Assembly: GCF_964204645.1 (NCBI RefSeq)
Contig: NC_134032.1
Location: forward strand, 10,404,275 to 10,468,274
Direction: 5' to 3'
DNA length: 64,000 nucleotides
Source: Tubulanus polymorphus
Taxonomy: Eukaryota > Animalia > Nemertea
Positions 13,327-25,951 of this stretch are shown here, piece by piece. Every line of letters begins with the position of its first letter. Position 1 is the stretch's first letter. The position numbers were made by a program, and so were the translations under genes. Under the pieces are notes generated by a model. It had not been told where the DNA came from. It ran no database searches and saw nothing but the letters and a program-made list of their open reading frames with translations.

Positions 13327-14299
13327 CTTCCGTCTAGAATTAAACATGATAAGCCAAAGTTCCATCGAGAACTATCTGTAACACAGGGACCGCAGGTTTA
13401 CACATAAGCACTTGCTACTCTATTCAAAAGGATGGCGTGGTGAGCGAGGTAAACCAGTAAGCATTCACATGAAAAAATATGACCCGTGCTAATAGTTGGC
13501 ACGGTCCAAATCTAGCCCACATCAAACAGGTACGGGCCCATTTAGCGCCAGTGTGAAAATAGGTGCAGCCCTCAGCCACGGACCAATTATCGACTGTAGT
13601 TTCTTTTCACCCAACGTAAACTTTACTTACCCTATACTCGTTTCTCTGCACTCTCTAATTATGTTGGGCTTCCGAAATTATGATTAGGTATATATTCGAG
13701 AGGTATATATCAGTATCAAACGAATGTAAACTGCGTAGATATTGAAATCAATAATCCTTGTATGCCTGATGTAAAACGTATATATCTGAAATAGCTTGAT
13801 AAGGTCACCTTGAAGTAACCTATGGTACACGGAAATAATGTCATGTTCGATATCTAATCAGTCGAGTCGTGTGGGGTAGTGTGATCCAAGTTCCCAACAA
13901 ATATATCTTCCGCGTCTTGACCTGTGTCAGCATATGCGCATTTTACCCTGGCTAGCTTTAGGTCGATTTGCACATCTAGAAATAGGATTCCGTGAATTCC
14001 CAAAGATTCCACCATTCCGTTTTTAACAATACAGACAGTGTTGTGAGGCATCTCGGGATTTACATTCGGGCGATGACTAAGAACACAGTGATTTTATCGA
14101 CGAGAAATCGTATTTCAAATGGTATTAGTTTATGAACTTTTAAGTTGAGAAGAATGTCAAAAATACTTTCAAATAGGCTAGATGCACGTGATTTGCTATG
14201 AACATATTTAGATTTACAATCCATTGGAAGTAGAATTAATGTACTATCGTCACAAGGGACGTTCATTGAGGAAGTAATTTAAGGGTTTCGACTGGGTAT

Positions 14300-14603
14300 A
14301 TTCAAACCCCCAGAAAACAACTGGCTTATTAAATGATTATATCTTAATCAAGCTGTTATCATAGTTTACTTTGATTGCATTTTGTGTGTTAAGGGTTGAC
14401 TGTGAGCATATTATTTTCTTTATTGCATTTCTCTTTTTTTCTTTTCTCTTTTGAGGGGCCTGTTTTATACAAACTATTCCTTAGTTTCTACAGGCCCCTC
14501 CAGGTCTAATTTACTGTATTTTGTATTATGCTTTGTACACTATGCTGTAAATTATATTTGAAAAATAAAGTGTTCAAATCAAAATCAAATCAAAAAATCA
14601 AAT
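14300..14603 (+). mobile_element. LINE 3' tail (CR1/L2-group-like)
   Basis: Stem-loop gaggggcctgt (14453-14463) / acaggcccctc (14490-14500), then AATAAA and a (caaat)n tail. Confidence 0.6.
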
Positions 14604-14744
14604 AGTCTTTGGATTGCTTATAGATGACGCTGTTACCGACAGGATTTACAATAAATCTGTGTATTCTGATGTACGTAGTCCATCAGATCGGTAACGACAT
14701 CCATCAACGACCCTACCCTCATATATCTTTGGATTGAAAGGAGG

Positions 14745-15120
14745 ATGATGAACTCGACAGTGATTCGTGCGAACCGATTTGGCGGTTTAGCCTATGCTCG
14801 TCCGGCCCGCAAATTTGTCTTCACCTATTAGTTTACGCCGATTCTGTTAAGAGGAACTGTCGGTAAAATCTTTCCTAGTCGCGGTGTTCATTAGACGCAA
14901 CGAGTGGAACAAATCCGGCGTCATCTTCATGTTCTGTCTAGCTATAACAGATGGATTGTAAATGATGACTATGGGTGTTCATACCCGGCTTATATACATC
15001 TGCCGGGGACAGAGATATAGTATCGACATAACTGTTCGAAGCCAAGCAGGATGCAAACTATAAGCCGTCATACTTTTTTTGAGTTAAGGCGCGTCAGCGT
15101 TCCTCGCGATAGCCATGGCA
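14745..15120 (+). pseudogene. Truncated pseudogene copy of the 6904-7938 GPCR
   Basis: High nucleotide similarity to 6904-7287 and its upstream flank. Early in-frame TAG (ACC TAT TAG) and indels. Similarity then jumps to the parent's 3' flank (15150-15330 resembles 8415-8595), so TM4-7 are deleted. Confidence 0.88.
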
Positions 15121-16100
15121 GCTTTGTCAGCTTTCACGGTCATGTGACGCGAACTTGAAAAATCGTTGGATCTTATAATCAACAGCCTTCCAGCAACACT
15201 ATATCTTAATCATTTCGCTTTGCATTACGGTAATGCCCATGGCTACACAAGGAATCACGGGTATTCTTTTCCAACATTGTGGTAACCACCTCTTCGATTA
15301 GAGTGATGACCACATGCAATCACATACGAGCTGGACCGGGGCGTCTAACCTTGACCGTAAAAACCTCCTACCCTTTGTTGCAGAAGAAGATTGAATAACT
15401 TTTAGAATAACCTCTTTTAAAATTCTATATATGTTTAGAATAATTTATTTCGTTTATTAACCCATTTCTTCTCAATAACACGTAAAAACAACATAAGCAG
15501 ATAACTTTTGAAATCCTAAATCAATACACATGTAATGGGATTCATTCACTGAACACGATTACAAAAATGCCTCGTTTTGTACACAAAATATATAAATGAT
15601 TGTTTTAGAACATGTTATTTCTATGAATGAAATTTTAAAACAACGCAGATATCATAGTTATACTAACATGAATAAATGAACGTATGTACCTAAATGATAA
15701 TGACAAAAATAAAATAATAGATATAGCAGGAAAGCAGCAATAGTTGATTTTCTGCATTAATAATGACCTTGCTCTGATTGCGAATTTTTTGTCCACAAGT
15801 GTGATTCCGCTATTTTGTTCGCACTGCGCATTCTTTTTGCAGTGATTTACAAAACTGGACGTACAGGAAAGTCAAAGCCACGTCAAAATGATGAATCGAT
15901 GACATCTATAAATTTGCGAACCGTTTATCTAATACTTGAACCTGAGAATATTGGACCGGGAGTGAGTTTAGTCATTCGACTGAAAAACGTTAAAACCATT
16001 ACCGGCCCAGAATACTTGATGAACAAATGCCATCATTATTTTCTACGCGTTACTTCATCATCACCATCATCAAACCAACGCTGCCGAAATATAAGTATTT

Positions 16101-16646
16101 TTAAAAAGGTTTCTTAATTTCGAGGCATTTCGTATTTCCTCCTGAGCATCTCAACTTCTTTCCAACCACGATCAAAATCGAGCCCAAACAAATCTGGGCC
16201 AAACAAGCCACGACCCCGACTCCTAGAAGCGGGTCGACGACGTGATGGGTAGCTGCGCTAGACCTATCTTTCTGCGTGAGGAAGTCCGTATGAAGCACGT
16301 GTCCGAGAATCAGACTAAAAAGATAGCATACGAAGAGCATACAGTTATAGACGGTAAGAGCAATTGCAGCGCCATAAATACTTCTCGTAGACTTGCAGCA
16401 ATTGCTCGACTTGACAGCGCAGGCGATCGTTAGTGCAAACCCGATAGTTCCACACGGGATGTACGTCTGGTAGGCGAAGTTATACGACTTGACGTAGAGA
16501 CCGATCTCGACTCCGAGATTGATCATGGCCAGCGCGATTATGACCTTGGCGACCATGCCAGTGATCTTGGCTGCGGTTTCGTCCAGTTTAGGCCCGCCAT
16601 CTTCGACATCATCAACCTTACATCCATTACAGTTTCTGTTACCCAT
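16101..16646 (-). CDS. Small 4-TM membrane protein, copy 4 (subfamily A, 181 aa)
   Basis: Core almost identical to copy 2. Candidate 5'UTR donor at 17003-17008. Confidence 0.85.
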   Translation of the reverse strand: MGNRNCNGCKVDDVEDGGPKLDETAAKITGMVAKVIIALAMINLGVEIGLYVKSYNFAYQTYIPCGTIGFALTIACAVKSSNCCKSTRSIYGAAIALTVYNCMLFVCYLFSLILGHVLHTDFLTQKDRSSAATHHVVDPLLGVGVVACLAQICLGSILIVVGKKLRCSGGNTKCLEIKKPF

Positions 16647-17450
16647 ATTCCAGGCCTAAACAAATATGATTATCATCCAAGCATTAGTATCATAATCGTT
16701 ATTATTACTATTACTGTGAGCCAATGATTTTTGTATGTTTTTGTTTTTTATTTGTAGTAACCAGATTACTAAATTTAGATAATGCTGCAATTTAAAGTTT
16801 GATTTTAGGTAGTTAGCCGATCTAGATATCAGATGATTCCTGCTTCTGGTCAGTGTATAATATATCAAAAATACCAGGCTACACTGTATAGTATTACCTG
16901 GATGAAACTGAAAAGAATATGTTCATTTTCCCGAAATGTTCCCCGATTGACCCGATCTAAGATTGCAACCCTACTTTCAAATCAAACGTTTATATTATCG
17001 CTACTCACTTTTTCCGTCCTCCTTTTGAATCTGTATTGTTTATTATGGAATTTCAACACAATATTCAGTGCTTAGTATTAATCTTTAGGTGTGGCTATAT
17101 TTCTGTTTCTGAAACAACGTTCTCGCGTCACGACATAGAGGAATCAATATACGACAACGTACGTATATGGAACTACGCAGTAACGTACTTGAAAATAGCA
17201 TAGCTTCGTCACGCGAACAGGCTTGGTTGTTGAACTGTAGATGCTAGAGTAACCAGACAGTTTACTCGATAGGGGTCACCTTGATAATAAATCCTCATTC
17301 GTCAGGTGTACGTCCGTTGGCAAGGTGAGAATGTTGTTCATTGTCAAACATAAATCTCCTGGCCCGGTTTCAAAGAGTATAAATCCTCCATTTGGGTGAC
17401 AGCCATCAGTAATAATCAGCAACACCATGGTGACAAATTTCAAAACGTGT

Positions 17451-17565
17451 CCAGGGCCCAGTTTCACAAAAAGGTTTAACTCTTAAATCGATTTAATTTC
17501 TTCATTTATTCAATTTATCTTAAATCGATTTAGGCCTTAATCCTTTTTGTGAAACTGGGCCCTGG
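17451..17565. mobile_element. MITE family 2, apparently nested in an older related element (~17358-17602)
   Basis: Perfect 24-bp inverted ends ccagggcccagtttcacaaaaagg / cctttttgtgaaactgggccctgg. A half copy lies at ~243-289. Confidence 0.85.
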
Positions 17566-18270
17566 GATCATTTTGCATCTGCATTTATGAAACCCAGCCC
17601 TGAATCTAGAAAAGAGAAATGGTGAAATTTGGGCGATCTGAAGGATGGGCGGATTGTCCGAGGATGGATGACACAGAGAGCCGATTGAAAGCTGTATTAG
17701 ACCAATGAGCTTTGTAAAATAAGAATAATAAACTTATATAGAAAGTTACGAATTTATTGGACCGTGACTTATTAAGAAGAGCAAAAAAACATTCATCCGC
17801 AACGTATTGTTATTGTCGACCGTGTGACACCAAGGTTCAATGTTATGATTCATAAGATAATTGTGTTCGGATTCTTAACACGGATATCGTCACAACAAAT
17901 TCATGTCTCTGTGTATAAGATAGATATCTTTTTATTTTCATCTGAACACGTAATCGGAAATAACGAAGGCATATGAATAAATATACAATAAAAGTTATCG
18001 TGATCCCGATGATAAGGTTATAATAGGAATTGATATCATAAAACATAAGAAAAAGTCCCGCTTCCCAAGAATGGCTTTGTGTCATGATAAATGATCTAAA
18101 AAATGAATTTCTTTAAAAAACGCCATAGATTTAAAGGAAATATGCATCTTAGTCGGATTTATTTCGTTTATCAAACTCATAGTGGGTATTCGACAACAAC
18201 TCTTGGTGGAATTTTACACACACGTTTCAGCTTAACCGAGTTCGGAGACAGAGTCTGAAACATTTTCTTT

Positions 18271-18816
18271 CTAAATGGGTTCGTTATTTGTAACGATAAG
18301 CTGTCCTCGATATCTGATCTTTTTCCCAATTACGATCAGTATCGCACCCAAACAAATTTGGGCCACGCTGGATACGACACCGACCCCGAGAATTGGATCG
18401 ACTATGTGATGGACGGCCGGGGTGTTTCGTTTGATTTCCGTGAACCAGCCGGGAGTTTCCATCAAAACGTGGCTCAAAATCAAGGTCATAAGATAGCAGA
18501 AAAACAATATACAGTTATAGACGGTGATGACGATGCCGTAAATAAAGATCGATTTAATGATCCCCGATTTGTTTTTCTTGATTCCGCTAGAGGTCACTGC
18601 GGCGAAAGCGATAGTTCCACACGGGGCGTACGTCTGACAGCAAAGGTTAAATGTCATGACGTAAAGACCGATCTCGACTCCGAGACTGATTGTTGCTAGC
18701 AGTATCAGGAAACCAGTGACCATGGAAAGGACCTGTTTCGCAGTTTCGCCTATTTCAATCCTTTCTCCGTCGACATCGTCGTTATACGACATTCGCCTGG
18801 TAATTTGGTTTCCCAT
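18271..18816 (-). CDS. Small 4-TM membrane protein, copy 5 (subfamily B, 181 aa)
   Basis: Same motifs, with cag acceptor directly before ATG. Donor at 19433-19438. Confidence 0.85.
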   Translation of the reverse strand: MGNQITRRMSYNDDVDGERIEIGETAKQVLSMVTGFLILLATISLGVEIGLYVMTFNLCCQTYAPCGTIAFAAVTSSGIKKNKSGIIKSIFIYGIVITVYNCILFFCYLMTLILSHVLMETPGWFTEIKRNTPAVHHIVDPILGVGVVSSVAQICLGAILIVIGKKIRYRGQLIVTNNEPI

Positions 18817-20071
18817 CTGTAAGAAAGGGATAAAGAGTGTACAAGGCTACATCGAATAACAGCTAGTCGTGCGGTCATGCGCTCTTATCACGTGCAATGC
18901 CATATCGACGGTCAAACACGATGGTCGATTTACATGACGAATCCCTGGAACCATATTTCATATCTTTTGTTTTATGTATGGCAAGTCTCCTACACTGAAG
19001 GATAAAATGATCTACACCACGGGACATTCATAGGGGTTTTCACCAAGAACACAGTTCTATATATATAGTCACTAAATGCGACCAGGACTCGTAAACGAAA
19101 TCCACCATAGCTGGAACGTTGTAATTAAGTCCCCCGCACCACTTTAGGGACAAGGGTTTTCCAAAAATCCGTGTTATCTTCACGGCGTCTGCGCGTGAGA
19201 GATCTGTTCTATACAGTCACTCCATACACACAGCTGTGAGGGGAGAGTTCACCACGAACCCAGGCGAGAGGAGTCCATATATTTATTCATCATCCACACC
19301 AGTCCATACGGTTCTTGGTGTACTCTCGGTCACCTCACATAAATATCCGTGGGAGTTACTACAGTTAAAGCGGAGTATCTGTGTGTGAAGTAGGAGCGAT
19401 CTGCAAATATTTACTAAACTGTCGGTACATGTACTTACGTTTAGTTTTTCGACTCCAAATAGAGCGAGAGCAGGAAAATCGATATTTCTGATGTAACAGT
19501 CACGTGACGAAAGTCATGCGCGGTTCTTTTCGATAGTAGCCATGAACTTACATAGACGATTAACCCGACAAATATCGCGATTGCAAATATCGGACAGATT
19601 TATTTTTAAGTCTTCGTAATAAATTTTCTTACGCGCTGATTTCATAAATCATATTAACCTTAATTGATAAAATTTCATACAAGCGTCGTGTAACATATAC
19701 CGGTATTTATGCCCGGCGAGAAGAAAAGCATTTTACAAAAAAAGTTACATGCATCTTACAGTCGTCATGCAGCCATTATAGCGATCGATTGCCCTCTGAA
19801 AGGATTTAAACTTGTTTTAGACGTGTTGAAAAAAGGTGTAGGAACTTCTCCCAGAAAAAAACCTGAATCCTAACCATTTTACAATCGACTGACGATTTTT
19901 GAGATGTCTTTCTGATATGCTACTGGCGGTGGCGACTTGCAGTCGTATCCTTGGGCGTTACGGCAGCAATTCGTGCAGGTATCAATTTGCTGTCTGTACC
20001 TACCCTTAGGTAATCTACCGCCTGAACCGACGATCACCTTTTGCGAAGTCTTGATGCTCGTAGTCCGCGCA

Positions 20072-20272
20072 TGGTGTAATTTAGAGGTGATGGGGGACGA
20101 ATATCACTTTTTTCACGTCTGCCCGCATTTCCAGGAATTCAGAGCTAGATACATCCCGGAGCGCTATTGGAGATTCCCCAATAGCGTCAAGTTGTACAAT
20201 TTATTCAATTAAAATTGCCAAACCCTTAAAAAACTGGCGTTGTATATTACGCAAATGTTTAATACATTTCTA
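20072..20272 (+). mobile_element. 3' fragment of a related LINE ORF2
   Basis: Translates CNLEVMGDEYHFFHVCPHFQEFRARYIPERYWRFPN..KL, matching the 6.2-kb fragment. Confidence 0.7.
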
Positions 20273-21049
20273 ATGACGATAAATGTTGTAATGTATATTA
20301 TAAAATACTTTTGTGCTCTGTGCAGTTGTATAGTTGTGGAGTAAATTAATTAATTGTAATTGTAATTTTGCCTGGGTCAGGTGACAAATGTTGTTCAATT
20401 TCAAAAGGAATTCCTTGAGTCTTGAAAGGAGAATTAATGAAGATAGGACGGTACGTTTTTTCAAGGATGGCTTTTGTCCGAGGATGGTGATACAGACAGC
20501 GCATGGGCAGGCATTAGACCAAGCTAGAAAAAAATAGAATGATAAACTTGTAGCAATTTACGAAATTATTTGAACTGTAAATTTCTACGAGTAAAAAAGC
20601 TACATGCGTACCAATTATTGCCTGAATTCAGGGCAGTGACGCCAATCTTAGCAACGGTTGGATATTATCATTTACAGGCTTCTATCGACAAAAATTGTAT
20701 TCATTTCAAATACCGACATTATCACATCAAATTCAGGTCTCTCAGAAATGTTTTTTCTTTATTTTCATTTAGCACAAAATCGGAAATAACAAGTACGTAT
20801 GAATAATATGTACAACCAATTTAATTGTATTGTCAATAACATCATAATGATGGCTTTTAAGGATGAAATCAGATAAATCCATTTAAAAATAAACGCGATT
20901 GATAAAGGATAATATACAAAAGCTAGTTGGATTCATCGGGCTCCGAATCAATATTCGACACCAACTCGGAGTATGTACAGTTTTTCCAGGGTCCGTCGTA
21001 TATTACTTGAATTCGTTGGACTGCAGTCCTCGGCGAACTATTATCGTTT

Positions 21050-21601
21050 CTAAATGGGTACATTATAAGTAACAATACGTTTCCCTAGGTATCTGAATTT
21101 TTTGCCAATTACGATGAGTATCACGCCGAAGAAGATCTGGGCCGCGCTGGACGCGACACCGACCGCGAGAAGTGGATCGACAACGTGATGGACGGCTTGG
21201 GAGTTTCGGTTCTTTTCCGTGAACCAGCCAGGAGTTTCCAACAATGCGTGACTCAAAATCAGGGTCATAAAATAGCAGAAAAACAATATACAGTTGAAGA
21301 CGGTGATCAAGATGCCGTAGGTAAAGATCGATTTGATAGTTCTCAAATTGTTGTTCTTTATTCCGCTAGAGGTCACTGCAGCGAAAGCGATAGTTGCATA
21401 CGGGGCGTACGTCTGATAGCAAAGGTTAAACATCATGACGTAGAGACCGACCTCGACTCCGGTGTTGATTGCAGCTAGCGGTACTATGGCAAGAGCGACC
21501 GCGGAAAGGATCTGGCTCGTAATTTCATCTATTTCGATCTCCTCCTCTCCTCCGTCGACATGATCGTTTTCAGAAGATCGATCGATTATCTGGTTTTCCA
21601 T
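21050..21601 (-). CDS. Small 4-TM membrane protein, copy 6 (subfamily B, 183 aa; starts MENQ)
   Basis: Closest to copy 5. ATG at 21601 aligns with paralogue starts and follows an acceptor. Donor at 21887-21892. Confidence 0.82.
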   Translation of the reverse strand: MENQIIDRSSENDHVDGGEEEIEIDEITSQILSAVALAIVPLAAINTGVEVGLYVMMFNLCYQTYAPYATIAFAAVTSSGIKNNNLRTIKSIFTYGILITVFNCILFFCYFMTLILSHALLETPGWFTEKNRNSQAVHHVVDPLLAVGVASSAAQIFFGVILIVIGKKFRYLGKRIVTYNVPI

Positions 21602-23099
21602 CTTAAAGACAAGAATAAATATGAAAACCAAGAACCCACAGCTTCTTCCGTGTCTGTTGTAAGTCTACTTTGGAGGCACGGGAATTTTTCCTAATCATAT
21701 ATAGTTCGTTCTAGCAATGAGCATGGACGTATAAACTAGTTCTCCTGTAATCTAGTCCATGCATCGAGCAGCATTGCTCATAGTCATTCCACATCTTAAG
21801 GCTGAGCGATTATGGTTGAACGTGCAAAGATACCTATATCAGATAAGAAGGTTTTTGCACAAACGCGTAGGCCTAGTGCCCTGGGTACTTACGTTTCGTT
21901 TTTCGACTTCGAGCGTGTCAATTCCCACCAGTAGATCGATGTTTCTAATGTATCAGTCACATGAAAGTCATGCTCAGTGTTTATAGACTTTTTCAAGTTA
22001 TCGAAAACCTTGAAGATTTTTATCATGCGATTTTTGACATGTCCTAGAAAAATCGTTCCACAGACAATTTTTCATGCGCTTATTTAAAAAATCATATTCG
22101 TTGAAGTTGTGTGGATCGTTTGACCACGTTTTGGGTTTAAATCAACTTTGGACCCAGTTCCACAGTAAAAGTGGATTTAATCTAACTCTAATTTGACCAG
22201 TTACATAAATGAGGCCTTCATTTTGACGCTGACCCAGTTACTAAGTTGCCCGGTCTTTACCTATGAGACTATAACTACTATCAATAATACAAACTTTATT
22301 TTAAAACACTCAGTCATGTCTAATATCGTACCACTAGACATCTTTAACTATCATTTCGAAATAACAAGGTCGATAACACAGAAGTCACACTAAAATTAGG
22401 TCACCTCGTATCGCAAATACTGCTACGAAAAACATTATACGTAGTACTTCTAAATTCTCTATGTACTTATACCTATTTTTTCTATGGGCCAGTAGCGTGC
22501 AATTTTTAATAAACCCACGTTGTTAACCTTGTTGACTAAACCTCAAAACCTGGATCCAACCGCTGCAAAAATAGTATAGACTTTCCCATGAATTAATTGA
22601 CTTCATTGTTTTTAATGGATCTGAAATGGTTCACGGCCATATATTTGCGCGTCCTTATGGGACGGACAGGGGTCGGGAAACGCCACGAAAAAAAATTACA
22701 AGACAGTTGATTACGAACAAACAGCTTGACGCATTGGAAGAAATGTAAAATGTTCAGGGTAAGGTGCTTAGATCGAGCAAAGCGTCCGCTGTTTAGAGAA
22801 ATTTGCGAAAGTTTCAATTGCTGAAATTGTGGGATTCTGAAAAATAGAAATTCATAATTTCGGTTTATGCATTTACAACAATCTGTTCAGGGACTAGGTG
22901 GTACTTAAAAGAAAAAGGCTCGGTCCCAGAATCCAACGTCAAAAGATAAATCCTTCGAGGCCTACGTCGTCCTAAGCCTACGTCGAGGTAAAAGAACGCT
23001 ATTATCTATGGGGGCTGTTCGTTAGATCTTGCCCTAGGGTTCGACACGGTGAAATTATGATCGGTGGTCTTCTAACATCACTATAACATTGGGGTAAGG

Positions 23100-23330
23100 C
23101 GAAGAGTACGCAAGAACAGATTGGGTATGGTACGCAGTTCATTCCAAGGGCTTTCTCAAAAACACTTTCCTGCCAGGCAAGGTCGCAGGCAACTGTCTAA
23201 GAGAGCACCTACCACGGCGATGGACCGATGATATCCGTTCGCGGACAGACTTCGTGATGAAGTAGAGGCTGCTGATATCGGATGTTTGTGCTGCCCCCGC
23301 GCAGCCGATATGATGGTCAAAAGAAAAAAA
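23100..23330 (+). mobile_element. Degenerate RTE-clade LINE 3' end
   Basis: Translates GKVAGNCLREHLPRRWTDDIRSRT, resembling the RTE C-terminal GKVEGKRxRGRPRRRWxDDI motif. Ends in an A-rich tail. Confidence 0.6.
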
Positions 23331-23714
23331 CTATGACGACCTTCTTGTTCTCTATGATTTCAACGAATCAATGAAATACATTCGGCTACAGTGACGACAA
23401 GGCCTGTTCATTAGAACTAAGAATACTTCTATTTTCGATTGATAGAATTACGGGATGGTTTGCCAACTACAAAAAGGAGTGTCAGGGCGCAGGCGTAGTA
23501 TCGGCAGTCAAAACCATCGTAAGCGAAAATTTCCAATCGATAATGACTCATAATGTATGGTTCACAAACCACTACCAACAATTATCGGAAGATACCGATA
23601 TCTAATCTGATAAAACGTGAATCGCTAAATTCATTAATTCGCTGCCGTTGTCATCGATATAGATATGCAGTTTACTCAGATGTTCGATCAGCGTCATTGA
23701 AATTATTACTAATT

Positions 23715-24113
23715 GAGTTTTTCGAATAATTTTCGAACAACGTCTGTACAAACAGTCAGATCTTGCGGTTGTAGCGAAATAACGGCTTTTGAATTTTCAA
23801 ATATAACGCTCGTCGTCTGGTGGTCAAAATGACAGTTAAATTTCGAATTTTCAAATACAACGCTCGTCGTCTGATGGTGCAGTGGTAAAACGACGGTTAT
23901 TTTGTAATCTTTTAACAAATCGTTCATCATCTGGTTAATCTATCACCACGCCATGGTTAAATGGCGGTTTATTCAAATTTTCAAAATAACGTTCATTTCG
24001 GTTAAACGCCAGTATACGGAGCGTCGCGAACTTTCGGGACTGGCTGAAGTCGTCTGGTCGAAATTAGGAAATGGTCGTTATTTTTTCGAATTTTCAAATA
24101 CAACGCTGGTCGT
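23715..24113. repeat. Degenerate ~54-bp tandem repeat (gaattttcaaatacaacgctcgtcgtctgg)
   Basis: Units near 23791, 23845, 23974 and 24088. The last is interrupted by a MITE. Confidence 0.75.
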
Positions 24114-24259
24114 CAGGGCCTATTTCCATAGTCATGGCTTAGACTTAAGACCACAGCCTAAGACCATGTTAGTTATATAGCCAATCTAACAACTTAAGGC
24201 CAACCTTAAGACTTAAGCCAATATTTGAACTTAAGTCTCGACTGTGGAACTGGCCCCTG
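24114..24259. mobile_element. MITE, PIF/Harbinger-like, family 1
   Basis: TIRs with CAG/CTG flanks. Near reverse complement of 58051-58193. Confidence 0.85.
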
Positions 24260-24831
24260 GCAGGGGTGGATTTTGGGGTTTGGTCGCAGGAGTCCGGGCC
24301 CCTACCTTCGCACTGAGGTTGCCCCTTTTCGTCAAGACTGAGATCATCTAAACGTACAAGTTTGACATTCATCCTCACTGCATTTGCATCTTTTAGGATG
24401 TATATCTTCAAATATATATACACCGATGGGTGTACCATAGTGGCCCTTGACCTGACTGCCTTATACCCAAAGGATGCTGTTTCTTTTCTTTTGGACACTG
24501 GCTTCCCCAGCTCCACCCCTAAACTCCGCCATTTCTTTTCAAAACAACGCAACTGAATTTCTGAATTTGCAAACCGAGTCATCCCACCATAACCCTAGCC
24601 TTCAACTCCGACGAAAATTCGCGTAGGCAATAGTTTTTCGTACCGTACAAATTCTCCTCACGGCAGAAATCAGAAAACAAACATTACATCGGTACCACGT
24701 GACTCGATACTTTGCCATAGGTTTGCTTTTTTTCTCTTAATTGTTTGCGCAGAATTTAATTAACGCGATCGCGAACAGCCGTAATGTAAATATTACCAAT
24801 TATATGTGAACCCCCTATTTATAACAATATG

Positions 24832-24903
24832 TATAAATATCGCGTACAGTTTGAGTTTGAGGCAACTTCAACAGTCGCAGTTTGGAGTCTCTCCTCTCAA
24901 CAG
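24832..24903 (+). promoter_or_regulatory. Candidate TATA box and non-coding first exon of the FN2-laccase gene
   Basis: TATAAATA at 24832-24839 and a strong donor CAG|GTAAGA at 24903/24904. An acceptor (ttacag) lies 1 nt before the ATG at 25952. Confidence 0.5.
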
Positions 24904-25951
24904 GTAAGAAATTTCATCTGTCACATTATTTTTTTCATTCAATATAGATATTAAAGAATTTAGAATCAAGTTTTTAAATTCGGTTACCGTAAGTAATGAA
25001 ACCATTTTACAGTTGCTATAGCAACCGTTTTGTAGGGTACTTATGTCCTGCATTGTTGGGTCAGTTTTTCTCTTCTCTATAAACTTTTTGTGATGCGTGA
25101 TTTCATCACCGATCCCGAGACAGATTTTGAAAACTTCGGCAACATTTAAACCGCTTGAATCTCTAGTTTTTAGTTGCGTAAAATTAATTTCTCAATTCCG
25201 CAACAATGCGACATGTGAGCGATACAAAAAAGTGGTCAAGTTTGCCACACGCGTTCATATTTGGGGTACTCAACTTTAAAGCTGGTCATTTTCACTGAAA
25301 GATTTTGAAAAAAACTCCCCCTTGAAAATGAAATTTAAGATTTTAAGATATTTAGCCAAGTTTCCATTTCAAGGCTATTTCATGGCAGGTTACTCAACTT
25401 AATAAATCTCGTTATTTTTTTTGGAAAGATATTCGAAAAATTCAAACATTTCTAGGCCCCTTTTTAATGGAATTCAAAATTTTAAGATATCTTGCTGACT
25501 TTTTATAGCGGCGTGTCTTTTGTCATTCCGAGATTCAGCGCTATTTTCGACGTGCCTGTTTCACCTCTCGGGTGTAGTTTGTTTTCATTTTCACTACGAT
25601 GGTCTCTTCTGAAAAATGGTTTTTTATTCAAATGAAAGTACGTTGAACGGTAACTGCCACTCGTCTCTATATTCTACGCTGCGAGTTAGATAGGAAATCA
25701 AAATGGCTTAACCTCGTACATCAAATGATTCGAGGTCTTTACTTACCAATAAGTGAAATCCAACAAGTTCTACCGCCTAATATGTCACAAGAAGCAAATC
25801 CAAGTGATGACTACAATCTTCACATCCCTAATACGATGTATTTTTGAATTTCTTTAAAAAGTACTCAGTTAAATTGAGTCCACACTGCAACTGATATACT
25901 GGATAAAGAATTGAACCGAATAGTTGTCTTAGATTAATTAAACATTACAGA

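Noticed and set aside
13750-14290. Possible degraded coding or RT fragment on the minus strand
   Set aside because: Interrupted by stops, with no motif I can identify with confidence.
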